DNA from: Camelus ferus
Taxonomy: Eukaryota
DNA: 64,000 bases
Assembly: GCF_009834535.1 (NCBI RefSeq)
Contig: NC_045696.1
Coordinates: forward strand, 105,278,001 to 105,342,000
Direction: 5' to 3'
A program made the position numbers and the translations under genes. Below the pieces are notes generated by a model. That model ran no database searches and was not told the origin of the DNA. It saw only the letters and a program-made list of their open reading frames with translations. This document shows positions 51,755 to 64,000 of this stretch, piece after piece (the stretch's first letter is position 1; every line of letters starts with the position of its first letter).

Positions 51755-54700
51755 GACTGCATGAGAGAAAATATTTGCACATCGCATATCTGGCAATGGA
51801 CTCATATACAAAATATGAAAAGAACTCTCTGAATTCAACAGTAAGGAAGCAATCTGGATAGAAAATAGGCCAAAGACTTGAAAAGACACTTCACCAATGA
51901 AGATACAAGAGTAGCAATTAAATACATTAAAAAATATTCACCATGATTAGCCATTGAAAAATGCAAATAAATCACAATAAGATATCATGAAGTACTTGTT
52001 AGAATGACTAAAATTTAAAATCTGACCGTATCAAGTGTTGACGAAAATGCAGCTCACTCATACATTTTCGGTGGGAATATAAAATGGTCGGGCCACTCTG
52101 GAAATAAACCTGGCAGTTTCTTAAAAAGTAAAACCTACATTTATCATACACCCAGCAATTGCATTCCTGGGTATTTTCCCCAGAGAAGTGAAACCTTATA
52201 TTCACACAAAAGCCTGTGCATGAATGTTCATAGATGCTTTATTTGTGCAATCCAAAGACTAAAAAAAGCACAAATGTCCTTCAACAGGTGAAAGGTTAAA
52301 CAAATTGTGGTACATGCACACAATGAAATACTACTCAGCAATTAAAGACACAAACTATTGATACTTAACAATAATCTGGATGGATCTTAAGGCATGAAGC
52401 AAAGTGAAAAAGGCAACCTCAAAAGTTGCATATTATATGATCTTGTTTTTATGACACATAAATGACAAAATTATAGAGATGGGGGACATATCTGTGGCTG
52501 TGAGAGGTTAGGGAAGGGGGCAGGAGGGTGTGACTATAAAAGGGCAGCACGAGGGACTTCTTTTGTGGAGACAGAACAATTCTGTGTCTTGATTATGCCC
52601 ATGGTTGTATGAGTCTATACACGTGATTGAAAATCAGAGAATTGTACAGAAAGACACACAAAAACTGAGCGCATGCAAAAAAAACAGTGAAATCTAAGAT
52701 CTGTAGTCAATTGAGTTAATGGTGCCAACCAATTTCTTGGTTTTGATAATACCAAGATCTTTTTTGCTCTACAATTATGGAAGACGTCACACTGGAGGAA
52801 GCTAGGTGGTGGGTCTGTGGAACCTATTTGTACATTTTTTGCAGCTTCTTGTGAGTCTATAGTTATATCAAAATAAAAAGCTTTAAAAATAACACTACCT
52901 ATAAAATCCTAAGGATACAATTAAAACAGGGGTCAGAGGAAATATTCATATCCTTAAATAATACTCAACAAAGAAATTATGAAAATAATCAAATTACAAA
53001 TTTAAAAGTTAGGAAAAGAACAGTAACATAAGCATAAGGATAATTGGAAGAAGGACTTGGTAAAGCAAAAAGCAGAAACTAATGACATTGAAGATAGAAA
53101 AATAGGACAAAACCAAGTGTTGGAAGTTTAAAAATAAAGTAGAGAAACCACTAGCTAACAAAAAATTTTTTAAGTGAGAAACCATAAGTAAACAAAATTA
53201 AAATTCAAATGAGGAAATAGCCACTGATACAAGGAAATAAAAGTAAGTGTGATTATTTCGTCAAGAAATGGAAGATTTTCACATAAAATATAAAAAATCA
53301 AAATTGACCCCAAATAGACAGAAGATCTAAAAAGATCAATTACCTTGGTTGAAATTGAGCAAGCTGTCAAAGAGTGATTGTTCCTCACAAAAGCACCAGA
53401 CCCATTGATTTCATAGGCAAACTTTATTAAATCCTGAATGAAACAATAATGTTATTGCATTTTTTTCTTTCAAGGTTTCACAGGTTTGGGTTTTTTTTTT
53501 TTGGTGTGAATATATTTATTCTTTTTTATATTTGTACTCTCATCCCCTCTCCAATGAAAGCAATAATTTTAATAAGTTTAGTGTTAACATATTTTTGCAA
53601 GATGTGCAGTGTTTTGTGGTATTAATTTTTAATTTATGTAAACAGTATCCTGTTACATATCTCCTTGTGTTTCCTTTTTTTTTTTTTTTTTTTGCTCCAT
53701 TCATTTCTTGGAGTCCATTCATGTATAATTCTGTAGACATTGTATAACGGCTTCTTTGTGCTGCATAATGCTTCATGATGTGCATCCACTGCGTGTTCCC
53801 TTGCCACCTCCCCAGTAAGAAATACACACACAGGTTTCCTACAACATCCCTGGACAATCCCCTCATGCATTTATGTGAGAATTGCCTCAGGATATGCACT
53901 AAGGCACAGAAATGCCAGGGTGCAGGGAATGTATAGACAATGTGTTTGAATGAATAGGGCCAGACTGTGCTCAAGGATGGCTGTGTCTACACGTCCTCAA
54001 GTTACCACATCCCTATAACCCCCACATTTCCCACCAAACTGTCTCTCTTGGGCTGGTTTACCAGATGTCAAGAAGTATCTCATTGTCACCCAATTCACAT
54101 TTCTCTAATTCCTAATGAGTTTACACATTATTTTATATGTTTGTTAGAATTTTAATTCTTCTCTTCTTTACTAGTACTAATGCTAGTATGTGTCCTTTGA
54201 TCATTTTTTAATCAATTAGGATTGCTATCTTTTTTTCATTGATTTGCAGGGAATTCCTTGTACATTCTAGATATTATTTACTTGTTGGCTTTAGGTATTG
54301 CAACTGTCTTCTCCCATCTTGTCATAAGTTAAACTTGTCAATAATGCCCTTTGTTGAACAGAAATCCTTAATGTATGTGTAATAAATATAAATACTTTAT
54401 TTGCCTTATGGTTTGTGCTTCTGAAATTTTAAGAAGTCTTTCCTGGCCCTTAGGTCCAAAACCAGTCTCCTACATTTTCTTCCAAAAATGTCATCGTTTT
54501 ACCATTCATATTTAGGTCTTTTCAGTCACTTACATTGCACCTTTGCATAGAGCGTCAGGAAGATATCTGGTTTTACTTTTACTCACTTTTTGTCCCTTTC
54601 CCATTGATTACTGGTGTCACTTCTATTGCACATTAACTTTCCATACACACAGGGATCTCCCTCTGAGCTCTCTATTCTGCTCCTTTGTTCTATCTGTCTG

Positions 54701-56480
54701 CACTTGTGTTAATACCACAGTGTATTTATTACTTCAGTATTGTAGTATATCTTAATATTGTTAAGACAAATCCTCACCCTTCAGCCTTCTTAGACAAAGC
54801 TATTCATGGACGTTTGTTCCTCCACATAAACTCTAGAGCAATTTTATCATGATCCCCCACCAAAAAAAAAAAATTCTTCCTGGAATTTTGTTTGAGAATG
54901 CATTGAATTTATAGATGGATTTGTGGGGAATAGAAGCCTTCAGAATGTTAAATTATCTAATTCAAGAGTGTAGCATGTCTCCCCTTTTAGTCAATCATTT
55001 TATGCGTCCTTTAACAAAGGTTTTACGATTTCTCCAGACAGACTGTGTGGTTTTGTTTCTGTTAATTCCTATAATCTTTGTAGATTTCTTGCCCTTGTGA
55101 AAAATTTCTTCTTTTTTCTTATATTTTCTAGTAAGTTATGGCTGGCAGAAGGCAATGCTATTGATTTTCATAGTTTGCTCTTCTATCTGGCAAACTTTCT
55201 GAACTCTCTCATCAGTTCTAACAGATTGAGTGTTGATCGTGATTTTTCCCAGGTCAATGATTATATCATCTCAAATAGTGACAGTTTTAAGTCTTCACTT
55301 CCAATCCTTACGCTGTTTATAAAAAGCAGTCTAGAGCAGAGTGAAAAAGAAGAAAAGCTTCCAAATTCATTTTACAAATTCATTTTACTGCATAATACAA
55401 GTGCAATATTTATACCCAAACCAGATAAGATAGTCTAAATAAAGAAAACTACATATTAATCTAATTCATAAATATCTATGTAAACATTCTTAAAAATATA
55501 ATCAAAAAGTACATTAAAAGAACAATACATCAGCAACAATGGTGTTAACTCCTAGAACGTAAGGGAGGTTCAGTGTGATTCATCTTATTAATCTGTCAAA
55601 AGAGAAAATTATATGATCATCTCCATAGATGCTGAACATCCATTTCTGACTAAACTTAAAAATAAAAGCTTGGTAAAATGGACATGGATGGCTGACTTCT
55701 TAACAAGATATATTAGACTAGAAACTAACTAATCAGTCTTATTGGCAAGACATTAAAAGCATTTCTACTAAAGTCAGGAATAAGACAGGACACCACTAAT
55801 ACTTTTCTGGAAGGATTAGCCATTGCAGTTGGACAATCAAAAAGAATAAAGGTGTAAAAATTGGAAACAAGGAGGCAAAACTGTCATTATTTGTACATGA
55901 TATTATTGTATTCATGAAAATACAAGAATACAAGCAATTAAACCAAAAAACTGTTACAGATAATAAGAGAATTTTAAAAAGTAATTGGTCACAAAATATG
56001 CCCAAGTCAGTAGCTTTTCTATATTCAAACAAGAAACAATTAGAAAATACAGTGGGAGATAATATTTCACTTATATTAGTAACAACTGACGAAAACATTT
56101 AGAAATAACTAACAAAAATATGAAAGATACATTCACAAAAACTTTAAACTCATTCTTCATATAAAATAAGATTTGGATGAGTGGAAAGCCCTACCCTGCT
56201 CTTCCATAGGAGAACTCAACTATTATAAAAATGTCCTTTCTTCCTAAATTAATATCTAAATTGAGTATGAAACATTTCTCACTTTCACAACAAAACGGAA
56301 TTTTAAATTAGCGTGGAAATGATTTGAAGATAATCAATCACACATTTGGGAAAATAATTAAGCTGAATCAAAGTTTATAGGCTAAAAATGAAAGCGTAAG
56401 GGTTCTAGAAGTAAACATGTGATGTGTTTGTTTGTAATTTTTTAAAAAGTCTTGGGGTAGGGAAAGCCATTCTAAGACTT
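51755..56480. mobile_element. Block of old L1 fragments: L1MC-like + (about 51755-52885), degenerate ORF2 + (about 52900-53455 and 55310-56480) split by a minus-strand L1 (about 53460-55310)
   Basis: A-rich decayed ORF2 text (gatcatctccatagatgctgaa, aaagtcaggaataagaca, aaactgtcattatttg) with a T-rich inverted segment in between. Confidence 0.7.
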
Positions 56481-58878
56481 TAGAACCAATGAAGGAAATA
56501 TTTGATATCTTTAGAGTACTTATAAATTAGGAGTTGGCACAGAACTTTCAGTTTAAAAATACGGATTGAATACATGAATTTATCACTGCTCTTTCCCAAA
56601 ATTTCACTAAAATGACAATAAAAGTGTTGAAGATTAGATTTTTTAAAGAAGATAAAATCATGATCCTCATACAAACGTGAACATTTGGCAAAGATTTTAT
56701 TTAACTTATTAATTAGTGAGGGAACCAGTAAGATGTTAAAACTCTTACAAAGGAGGATTTGACTTTCAGATTTATATTTCCTACCTAAAAAAAATCTGTC
56801 CACATTGCCATGTTCAGGAGTCATTTGCATAGCTATAAACTGGAAATATGTGCCTTATTATGACTTCTGCAAGTTTACTTCTATCCCTGCAGAGTTGGAA
56901 AATAGCCTAGATAAAGACATACAAGATAACTTGGATGGGGAGGCTAGACAGAACACTCTTTTTTTTTTTGCCATTTCAAAGTCTTTTACAAGTTTCCTGA
57001 TAGTCTGTCTCACTTGTAATCATAATCATCTCAAGAAAGATTATTCTTGATGATAAAATAACACTGTTCTCATAAGGTTTGGCCCGATTATGTACATAGG
57101 TGCAGGAGGAGTGTTCAGATAGGTCTCTTGAAATTTGCTGTGTGGTAGCCAGAGCAGAACAAATTTGAACAATTACAAAATTACATTCCATCTGAAAGTT
57201 TTCATAAAGCATCTCAAATTGGGCTTTTAAAAACTTCTATGATTTGCTCTCCCAAGGCAATGAAATAAACCCAAGAAATTCTCTCTACCAGATTTTACTT
57301 GTAAAGTTAGATGAATTCTTCTGTTCTCAAGGTTCCCAAAATAACTTAGGTTTTTTTTTGGCCTGCCAGGAAGTGATCTTCCTTACCACCTTTGAGACTG
57401 GACCCTGTAAACCAGGCACCCAGACCAGTTTTCCTGGGAGCTTATAAGAGGCAACATCTTTTTAAGTACAATCAGACATTGTTCCTTAAAGTTACTTGTC
57501 ATACCTGATTGAAAAAGAGCATTGTTCTCAACTATGGTACTGCAGGAAGGCCTTGATGTTTAATCAATGTGTTTAACTATGTTCTGGCAGAAAGGAAGAC
57601 AGATTCTTACTAAACCTACGTAAATAACTATATTGCCATGAAAAGGAGACTCAGAGTTTCTGACTTCTAGGGACTTGGTAAAATTAGATATCACTTTCAA
57701 ATGTTTCATTTTCGTTTACAAAAGCAGAGTCTACAAATTGGTATGGGTCACAAGGAGCATGAGAAGAAACAGAAAGGGCTTCCTTACATATCTGGAAAAT
57801 AGTACCTTAACACAGCATCAGCAATATTCCAAACAAATAACCACAATAAAATTTTGCTCATTAATTCATTCAGTTCTCCGTAATTAATTCTTGTTCCACT
57901 GGATCTTGGGTTAGTAGTCTCCTGAAGCCATTTGTTTCTCAACTAAAAAGAATTCTAAAAACCCTCAATCAGCCCATTGATACGGTCTGAAAGTTGCCTA
58001 AGTGATTCTAGCTCAGATGCCTCCACCCAAGAGTTGAGTTCTTGGAAGGTTAATATTTTGAAGCACCTCTTTCCACAAGGCTCTGAGATTTTCCTTCTTT
58101 TTTGAAGACACAAACTCTGGCCTGTTGCTTGCAGGAGAGAGTTTAGCAAGCATTAGAATAAAACAAAAACTATTTACAAATGACAAAGCTATGGTTAGCT
58201 TATTACTGAAAATTTTCAAGTGTAAAATGACTGATAAGAATTTATAATAAATATAAAGTAAGAATAATGCAACTGACAAGGATATTTGGTTGTTTGGTTG
58301 GTGTCATACAAAACAAAGATAATAAACTCTTACTCCCCCAAAACTGTTTTAAACAAACATCTCTTAGATTGATGATGAAGTCTACTTTTTAAGAAGTCCA
58401 TGAATGCTGCATCTGATTTACAAAATCAAGGGGAAAAATTTTGAGATATAACATATGATAATCCTTAGATATAATATGTATATAATATATCAAGATTATC
58501 GAATAAAGAGATTCAGTAAATCTAGAGTAGGGTCTAGACTTCAGTATTTCTGTAAAACTTTATGATTAGGTCTGATATGCACTGAGAACTACTGGCCTAA
58601 AAATTACTTGATTCAAAGTTTTTTTAAAAAGAAAGAAGACTGTGGCAATCAACATTTTAAACAATAATTGAGATATGTTGTTGCTCAATATCTTAAGGCA
58701 AAACACTACCAAGACTCAGATAAATAGGGAGGAAATTTAGCAGAACTATTTCATAAGAATTTCAATCAGTGTTTTCCCTGAAATTAAAACATATACAGAA
58801 AGCGAGGCATTGACAAATCTTCAGGGGCTTCCCATAAAGCATGAAATTTCTAAAATATTTTTATTAATAATATCTTAC

Positions 58879-58972
58879 TGGGGCGAGAGTGTAGCTCAGT
58901 GGTAGAGCACGTACTTAGCATGCATAAGGTCCCAAGTTCAATCCCCCTGTACTTCCATTTTAAAAAATAATA
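58879..58972 (+). mobile_element. Vic-1-like SINE (short)
   Basis: gtagctcagtggtagagcac...cttagcatgca...gttcaatccc plus A-rich tail. Confidence 0.85.
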
Positions 58973-59548
58973 GTAACACCTTCCCTATACAAATTTAACC
59001 TAGGGAAGGGTGAGTATCTCTTCTGATTTGACAGCTCTTACCATGCAACTCACCAAACCTGATTATTTCTAGCATCCCTTTTTATAAGATAAAAGGACAA
59101 TTTTTTTGTGATTCTCCAGGAACCCTCTGGGAAATCTCAAGGACTATTTTAGATGTATACGATGACCAGCAAGTTTTATTTTATTTTCTTCTGTTTTTCA
59201 GATCTGATTTTTGGAAGGGAAAAATCAAAAGAGTTGTCAGAGGAGATCCGGACAGTTGAATAAGAAGACAGGCTCCTGAGCACCGGTGAAACAATACTTT
59301 GTTGCTTACTGAATCAAAGTGACAATGAAACATTTAAAAATAAATACAGGGGGTAACAAGATTGTAAAGAACAGTCAACATTTTCTTAAGTCACGAGTCT
59401 TTTTCCTTCTCTTTTTTCCTCCTCCTCTTCCTCTTCTTTCTTTTCTCCTTTTTTATAATTAAGAGTGTAAAGTCAATATATAGCATGTAAACTTATTCAG
59501 GTAAATCACAGGATCTTTGCTTTCTCGGCAGATCACAGAGCGAGTAAA

Positions 59549-59661
59549 TAGGGCAACCATCCATCCTTGTTTCCCCAGGACTGTCCTGGTTTTAGCACTG
59601 AAAGTTCCACATCCCAGGAAATCCCTCAGTCCCAGGCCAATCAGAAAGGTAGGTCCCCCTA
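59549..59661 (+). mobile_element. MER81 (hAT-Blackjack MITE)
   Basis: TAGGG...CCCTA termini; ggactgtcctggttttagcactgaaagt...ggaaatccctcagtccc matches recalled MER81. Confidence 0.85.
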
Positions 59662-60748
59662 AAAAAAATTACCATTTGCACTGTAGGTGAAGACATTAAT
59701 CAGAAAAACAAGGAAGCAAGTCTATCAAGATTGAGAACTTTGCAAAACGTTTAACACATTTTGTAGTTTATGAGAGCTAGTAGTATAAAACAGGACAAAT
59801 AAAATTCACTTATCTGATTCAGGACAAATCCAAGTTTTATCCTTTAGTTTGCCCTTTCATACTCTGGTGACACTTTTATTCTAACATAGATCTCAAGGGG
59901 TCCACAAGTTCAAATCTAATTTCATAATAGCATTTAGATGGTATTTCTAACATGCTATGTATTCATCATTGCCATCTTCAAATGAATAAATGAGTATTTG
60001 AAGTATTTCTCAGTTTTGATTTTTGAGTAGACGTAAATAGTTGTAACCACACATAGAGGAGGTCTTTGTGACCCTCAGTAAGTGTGAAGCGGTCTGAGGA
60101 ATAAAGATCCCGAGAACCACCACTTCTGGAAAAGCAAGAGCATATTGTTGGTTACATTTCTCTGTCTTTATTGCTCCTAGTGCAGCCACTCGTATTAATT
60201 ATAACTTTTCAGCAAAGTAACTTCTATTTTGCAGAGAAAACTAGCGTGCAGATTATTGAGAACTTCCTGCCCTACTGAAGCATTTAGCAGGTTAGCAAAG
60301 TCTATAATACAATGATTTCACAGTCACGTGCATTCCCGTGTGGCAAAAACGAGCACATTCATTACCATGACTCACAGCTCTAGCTCCTCTTCACGTGTAT
60401 ACAAATAAGCAAAATGATGCTTGGTAATCAACGTGTCAGTGTTCTCTGCTACATAGAAAGCACCTAGCTATCCATGGATTACATAATTAATTTAATTTAA
60501 TATCAGCTTCAAATTTTTTAAGTTACCGGGGGATCTGGGAAATTATCTTCGAGCTGACACACTACAAAACATAATTACTGTTGAAATTAAGTTTGTCAGA
60601 ATAATGATTTGATTTAGTCAGACATAAATTTACCTTCTTCATAATCTTCAGCATTATGTAAGAATAATGTTAGCTAATTTGATCAGCAAACCTGTAAATG
60701 TTTGGGAAAAACATGCCCAAGTAGAAAAAAAAATGTTTGCTTGTATTA

Positions 60749-60966
60749 GAGTTGACCCTTGAATGATGCAAGGGTGAGAGGCACCAACCCTCCATGCAAC
60801 TGAAAATCCCCGTGTAACCTGACAGTCAGCCCTTCCTACCCACAGTTCAGCATCCACGGAACCAACCAACTGTGGATGGCGTAGTACATAGGACTCATTT
60901 AGTGAAAAAAATCCATGTATAAGTGGACCTGCACAGTTCAAACCCATGTTGTTCAAGGGACAACTG
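60749..60966. mobile_element. Tigger2-derived MITE (MER8/Tigger2a-like)
   Basis: Terminal inverted repeats (g)agttgacccttgaa ... ttcaagggacaactg flanked by TA dinucleotides (60747-60748, 60967-60968). Confidence 0.88.
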
Positions 60967-61373
60967 TATACTTAACAATGATAATTCAGAGAAAACAGAG
61001 TTGTTTTTTACTAAACCCATATGAGTAAACTGATTGTGTTTGCCATTTACTTTAATTATGTGAATTTGTATTCTTAAAAAGTTTCCAGGGGAGCTTCATA
61101 AAGAATAATTTTTGTACATTTTTAGAGCACATTTAAAGTGTTAGAAGTCTAATTACCTTGTTTTTCAGGATTTTCTGTTGGCACTTATTTATTCTATAAA
61201 CCAATCAGAACAAATCTCTTTTAATTTAGAGGACTTTGTAATCTAATTTATGTATGCCCTACAGAAATATATTGAGAGTTAAAGGCCTTTCCAAATTACA
61301 AACAGTTAGAGAGCTAACTTATTGTCTCTAAATGAACAAAAACCAAAACATTAAATTAATTAAGAGGGGGGAA

Positions 61374-61939
61374 TGTTCATAGCAGCACTATTTACAATAG
61401 CCAAGACATGGAAACAGCCTAAATGTCCATCAACAGGTGACTGGATAAAGAAGATGTGGTATATTTATACAATGGAATACTACTCAGCCATAAAAACCAA
61501 CAACATAATGCCATTTGCAGCAACATGGATGCTCCTGGAGAATGTCATTCTAAGTGAAGTAAGCCAGAAAGAGAAAGAAAAATACCATGTGAGATCACTC
61601 ATATGTGGTATCTAAAAAACAAAAACAAAAACAAAAAAACAAAGCATAAATACAAAACAGAAATAGACTCATAGACATAGAATACAAACTTGTGGTTGCC
61701 AAGGGGGTGGAGGGTGGGAAAGGATAGATGGGATTTCAACATTGTAGAATAGATAAACAAGATTATACTGTATAGCACAGGGAAATATACACAAGATCTT
61801 ATGGTAGCTCACGGAGAAAAAAATGTGACAATGAATATATGTATGTTCGTGTATGACTGAGAAATTGTGCTCTACACTGGAATTTGACACAACATTGTAA
61901 AATGATTATAAATCAATAAAAAATGTTAAAAAAAAAAAA
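61374..61939 (+). mobile_element. Very young 5'-truncated L1 with perfect TSD
   Basis: Uninterrupted ORF2 C-terminus [20 protein letters not shown]...SLICGI*; AATAAA plus poly-A; TSD aagaggggggaa at 61362-61373 and 61940-61951. Confidence 0.95.
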
Positions 61940-62324
61940 AAGAGGGGGGAAAAAACCCCAGTGAATATACAGTTTGCAAAGTTGAAGTTATGTTGACACT
62001 TGGGATTCACTTCTAGGAGCCAAGAAAAAAACATGCTTTGGTTTAAGCTATTCACAAAGTATATGTCTCTGGACACATGGTCTACCTGACTCTGTCTATT
62101 GTGCATCTCAGCAGAGACTTCAAAACTGTTAGAAGATAATGTTTTTTGAAAGATGAAATCATAACTCATATATAATCATATAATCATAACAAATATAAAA
62201 TAACTTGGCAAAGATTTTAAATTAACTCGTTGATTAATGAAGCTACCAGTAAGATGCTGCAACTGGCTCAAATGAGGATTTGACTTATAGAGATTTGTAT
62301 TCTCTACTGGACAAGACCTATTTG

Positions 62325-63570
62325 CATCCATGTTGTTGCATATGGCAAAATTTCATTCTTTTTTATGGCTGAGTAGTATTCCATTGTATATATATACCAC
62401 ATCTTCTTTATCCAGTCATCGGTTGATGGACACTTAGGCTGCTTCCATATCTTGGTTATTGTAAATAACACAGCTATGAACATTGGGGTGCATGTATCTT
62501 TCTGAACTAGTGGTTTTATTTTTTACAGATATATACCCAGGAGTAGAATTGCTGGGTCATATGAAAAACTTCTCCATTGATTATAAGCCATGTAGTACTT
62601 TGATTTTTATATCTGCATGCACTGTTTTGAGAAATGAGAAAAGTATAATAAAGAAAGGTAAAAGACAATCAACTGAGAGAAATATTTGTAACAGGTGTAT
62701 AGTAAGATTAATTTCCTTAATACACAAAAAGCCCTTTAAATCAATAAAAAAAAGACTAACAACCCAATTTATAATGAACAAAGCACATGAAAAGGTAGCT
62801 CATAGAAGAAAAAATGTTCTCAAATATTTGAAAATATGCTCCACTGTACTTATTAAAAAAGGAATCCAGTTTAAAACAACAAAATACATTTTTACAAAAC
62901 TATATGAATGACAAAGATTTTTTCAATTATTTACTTATACACAGGATTGCCAAAAATGTGATGAAATGTAAACTCTCAAACACTGGGACAACCTAACTGA
63001 AAACCACTTGGACATTTTCCATAATGTGCACAAAAGCAAATGTACAAAATAGATCAGAATAGCACAGTTTGCAATTGCAAGCAATAGTAACAACCCAAAT
63101 GGCCTTCAATTTTCAGGATAGGCTAAATTAATCATGGCACCTATAATCAATGGGATACTATAAAGCAGTCAGAAAGAATGAGAACGCTCTCTCTGTTGAT
63201 ATGGAAAGTTCGCCAAGATAAATTAAAAGAAAAACAGAGATTCAAATCTGTTGTATTTTCCTTTTTGGATAAACGGGTAAGAGGGAGATAATGTCTTCAT
63301 GTTTGGCTTTTTGTGCATAAAGAAACTCTGAAAAGATACACGAGAAATGAATACCAATGGTTTCCTATTTGGCAGTAGCAGCAGTGCAACCTGAACTTAG
63401 GTGAACCAGAATTTTCATTGTCAATTTTTCATTATTACTTGAATGTTTAACCATGTGAATATGTTACCTGTTCAAAAATGCGATAGAATATGAATAGATG
63501 CATAAATAAAAATGAAGTAGATCGTATGTGCTGATTTGAAAAGATTTCCAAGATATATTAAATGGAAAAT
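62325..63570. mobile_element. Minus-strand young L1 fragment (about 62325-62563) followed by old plus-strand L1ME-like fragments
   Basis: ttatggctgagtagtattccattg...gctatgaacattggggtgc, then decayed caacccaaatggcc...atgggatactataaagcag text. Confidence 0.65.
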
Positions 63571-64000
63571 GTCAGACACTCCTTAGGGTCTGGTGGAAGG
63601 AAATGTCAGTGGGAAGAAGCTTCCTTCAGGTGGGATGGCCAAGGGCAGTCCAGGGATTCTTGGAGAAGAGGCAGGAACAGCCCCCTTGGGAAGAGGTGGT
63701 CTGGAGTGACCCCTGCAGCTCCCCACCTCCTCCTGACTGTTGGAAAGGGGGTGGGGAGGCTGGAGAACAAGAGAGTTGCCAATAAGCCCCTTCCGGGGCC
63801 AGAGCAATTTGACCCCTGTGGCCCGGGGAGGTATGATTGTCTGTGACCCCCAGCCCTCCCGGCCTGCCTTCTGTGAGCAAAGGTGGAGAAGCAGCACAGT
63901 TTTACATAAAAACTAAAACAAAGCCCAGCGCTGCCTGGTGGCTGAAGGAAGTCCCAGGTCCCCTTCCTTCTGTGTCTCCATATGAAGACAAATCCAATGA

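Larger units (their letters stand above)
56640..62325 (-). mobile_element. Decayed non-autonomous ERV1 internal region (MER4/MER34-group-like) with later insertions
   Basis: AT-rich, no ORFs; ggcctgccaggaagtgatcttcctta...ccctgtaaaccaggcacc...ccagttttc resembles MER4-group internal sequence as I recall it. Family and strand are tentative. Confidence 0.5.

Noticed and set aside
1..64000. Neighbouring genes NMNAT3 (upstream) and RBP2 (downstream) expected from conserved gene order
   Set aside because: No exon translating to either protein was recognised; they presumably lie outside the window.
1..64000. CRISPR arrays, operons or prokaryotic defence-type systems
   Set aside because: The sequence is intron-containing mammalian DNA; no regularly spaced repeat-spacer array or gene-dense region was seen.

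Overview
Mammalian genomic DNA, most likely from a camelid (alpaca, llama or camel). The inference rests on five tRNA-Ala-derived SINEs resembling Vic-1 and no recognisable Alu, B1/B2, Bov-A/BovB, PRE-1 or CHR SINEs. The only protein-coding gene I can support is RBP1 (cellular retinol-binding protein 1, CRBP1) on the + strand. It has 4 coding exons (14865-14937, 15443-15621, 38093-38194, 40623-40676; 408 nt, 135 aa), all introns GT-AG, a CpG-island/GC-box promoter and an AATAAA at 40844. The rest is intronic or intergenic and dominated by transposable elements: L1 of several ages, L2, MIR, ERV1/ERVL/MaLR LTRs, an ERV internal block, Tigger/hAT elements and SINEs. Nearly all ORFs in the supplied track are spurious. 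I found no evidence of a novel multi-gene system. The points worth following up are regulatory: (1) the classical DR2 retinoic-acid response element about 1 kb upstream; (2) a perfect DR5 RARE in a CpG-enriched patch of intron 2; (3) a frameshifted remnant of the human long N-terminal extension, now an overlapping upstream ORF; (4) a MER41-like LTR carrying a STAT1 GAS motif 3' of the gene; (5) a small orphan CpG cluster in intron 2; (6) a diverged direct repeat bracketing the ERV internal block. Repeat family names come from my recollection of consensus sequences, not from a database search, and boundaries of old repeats are approximate.
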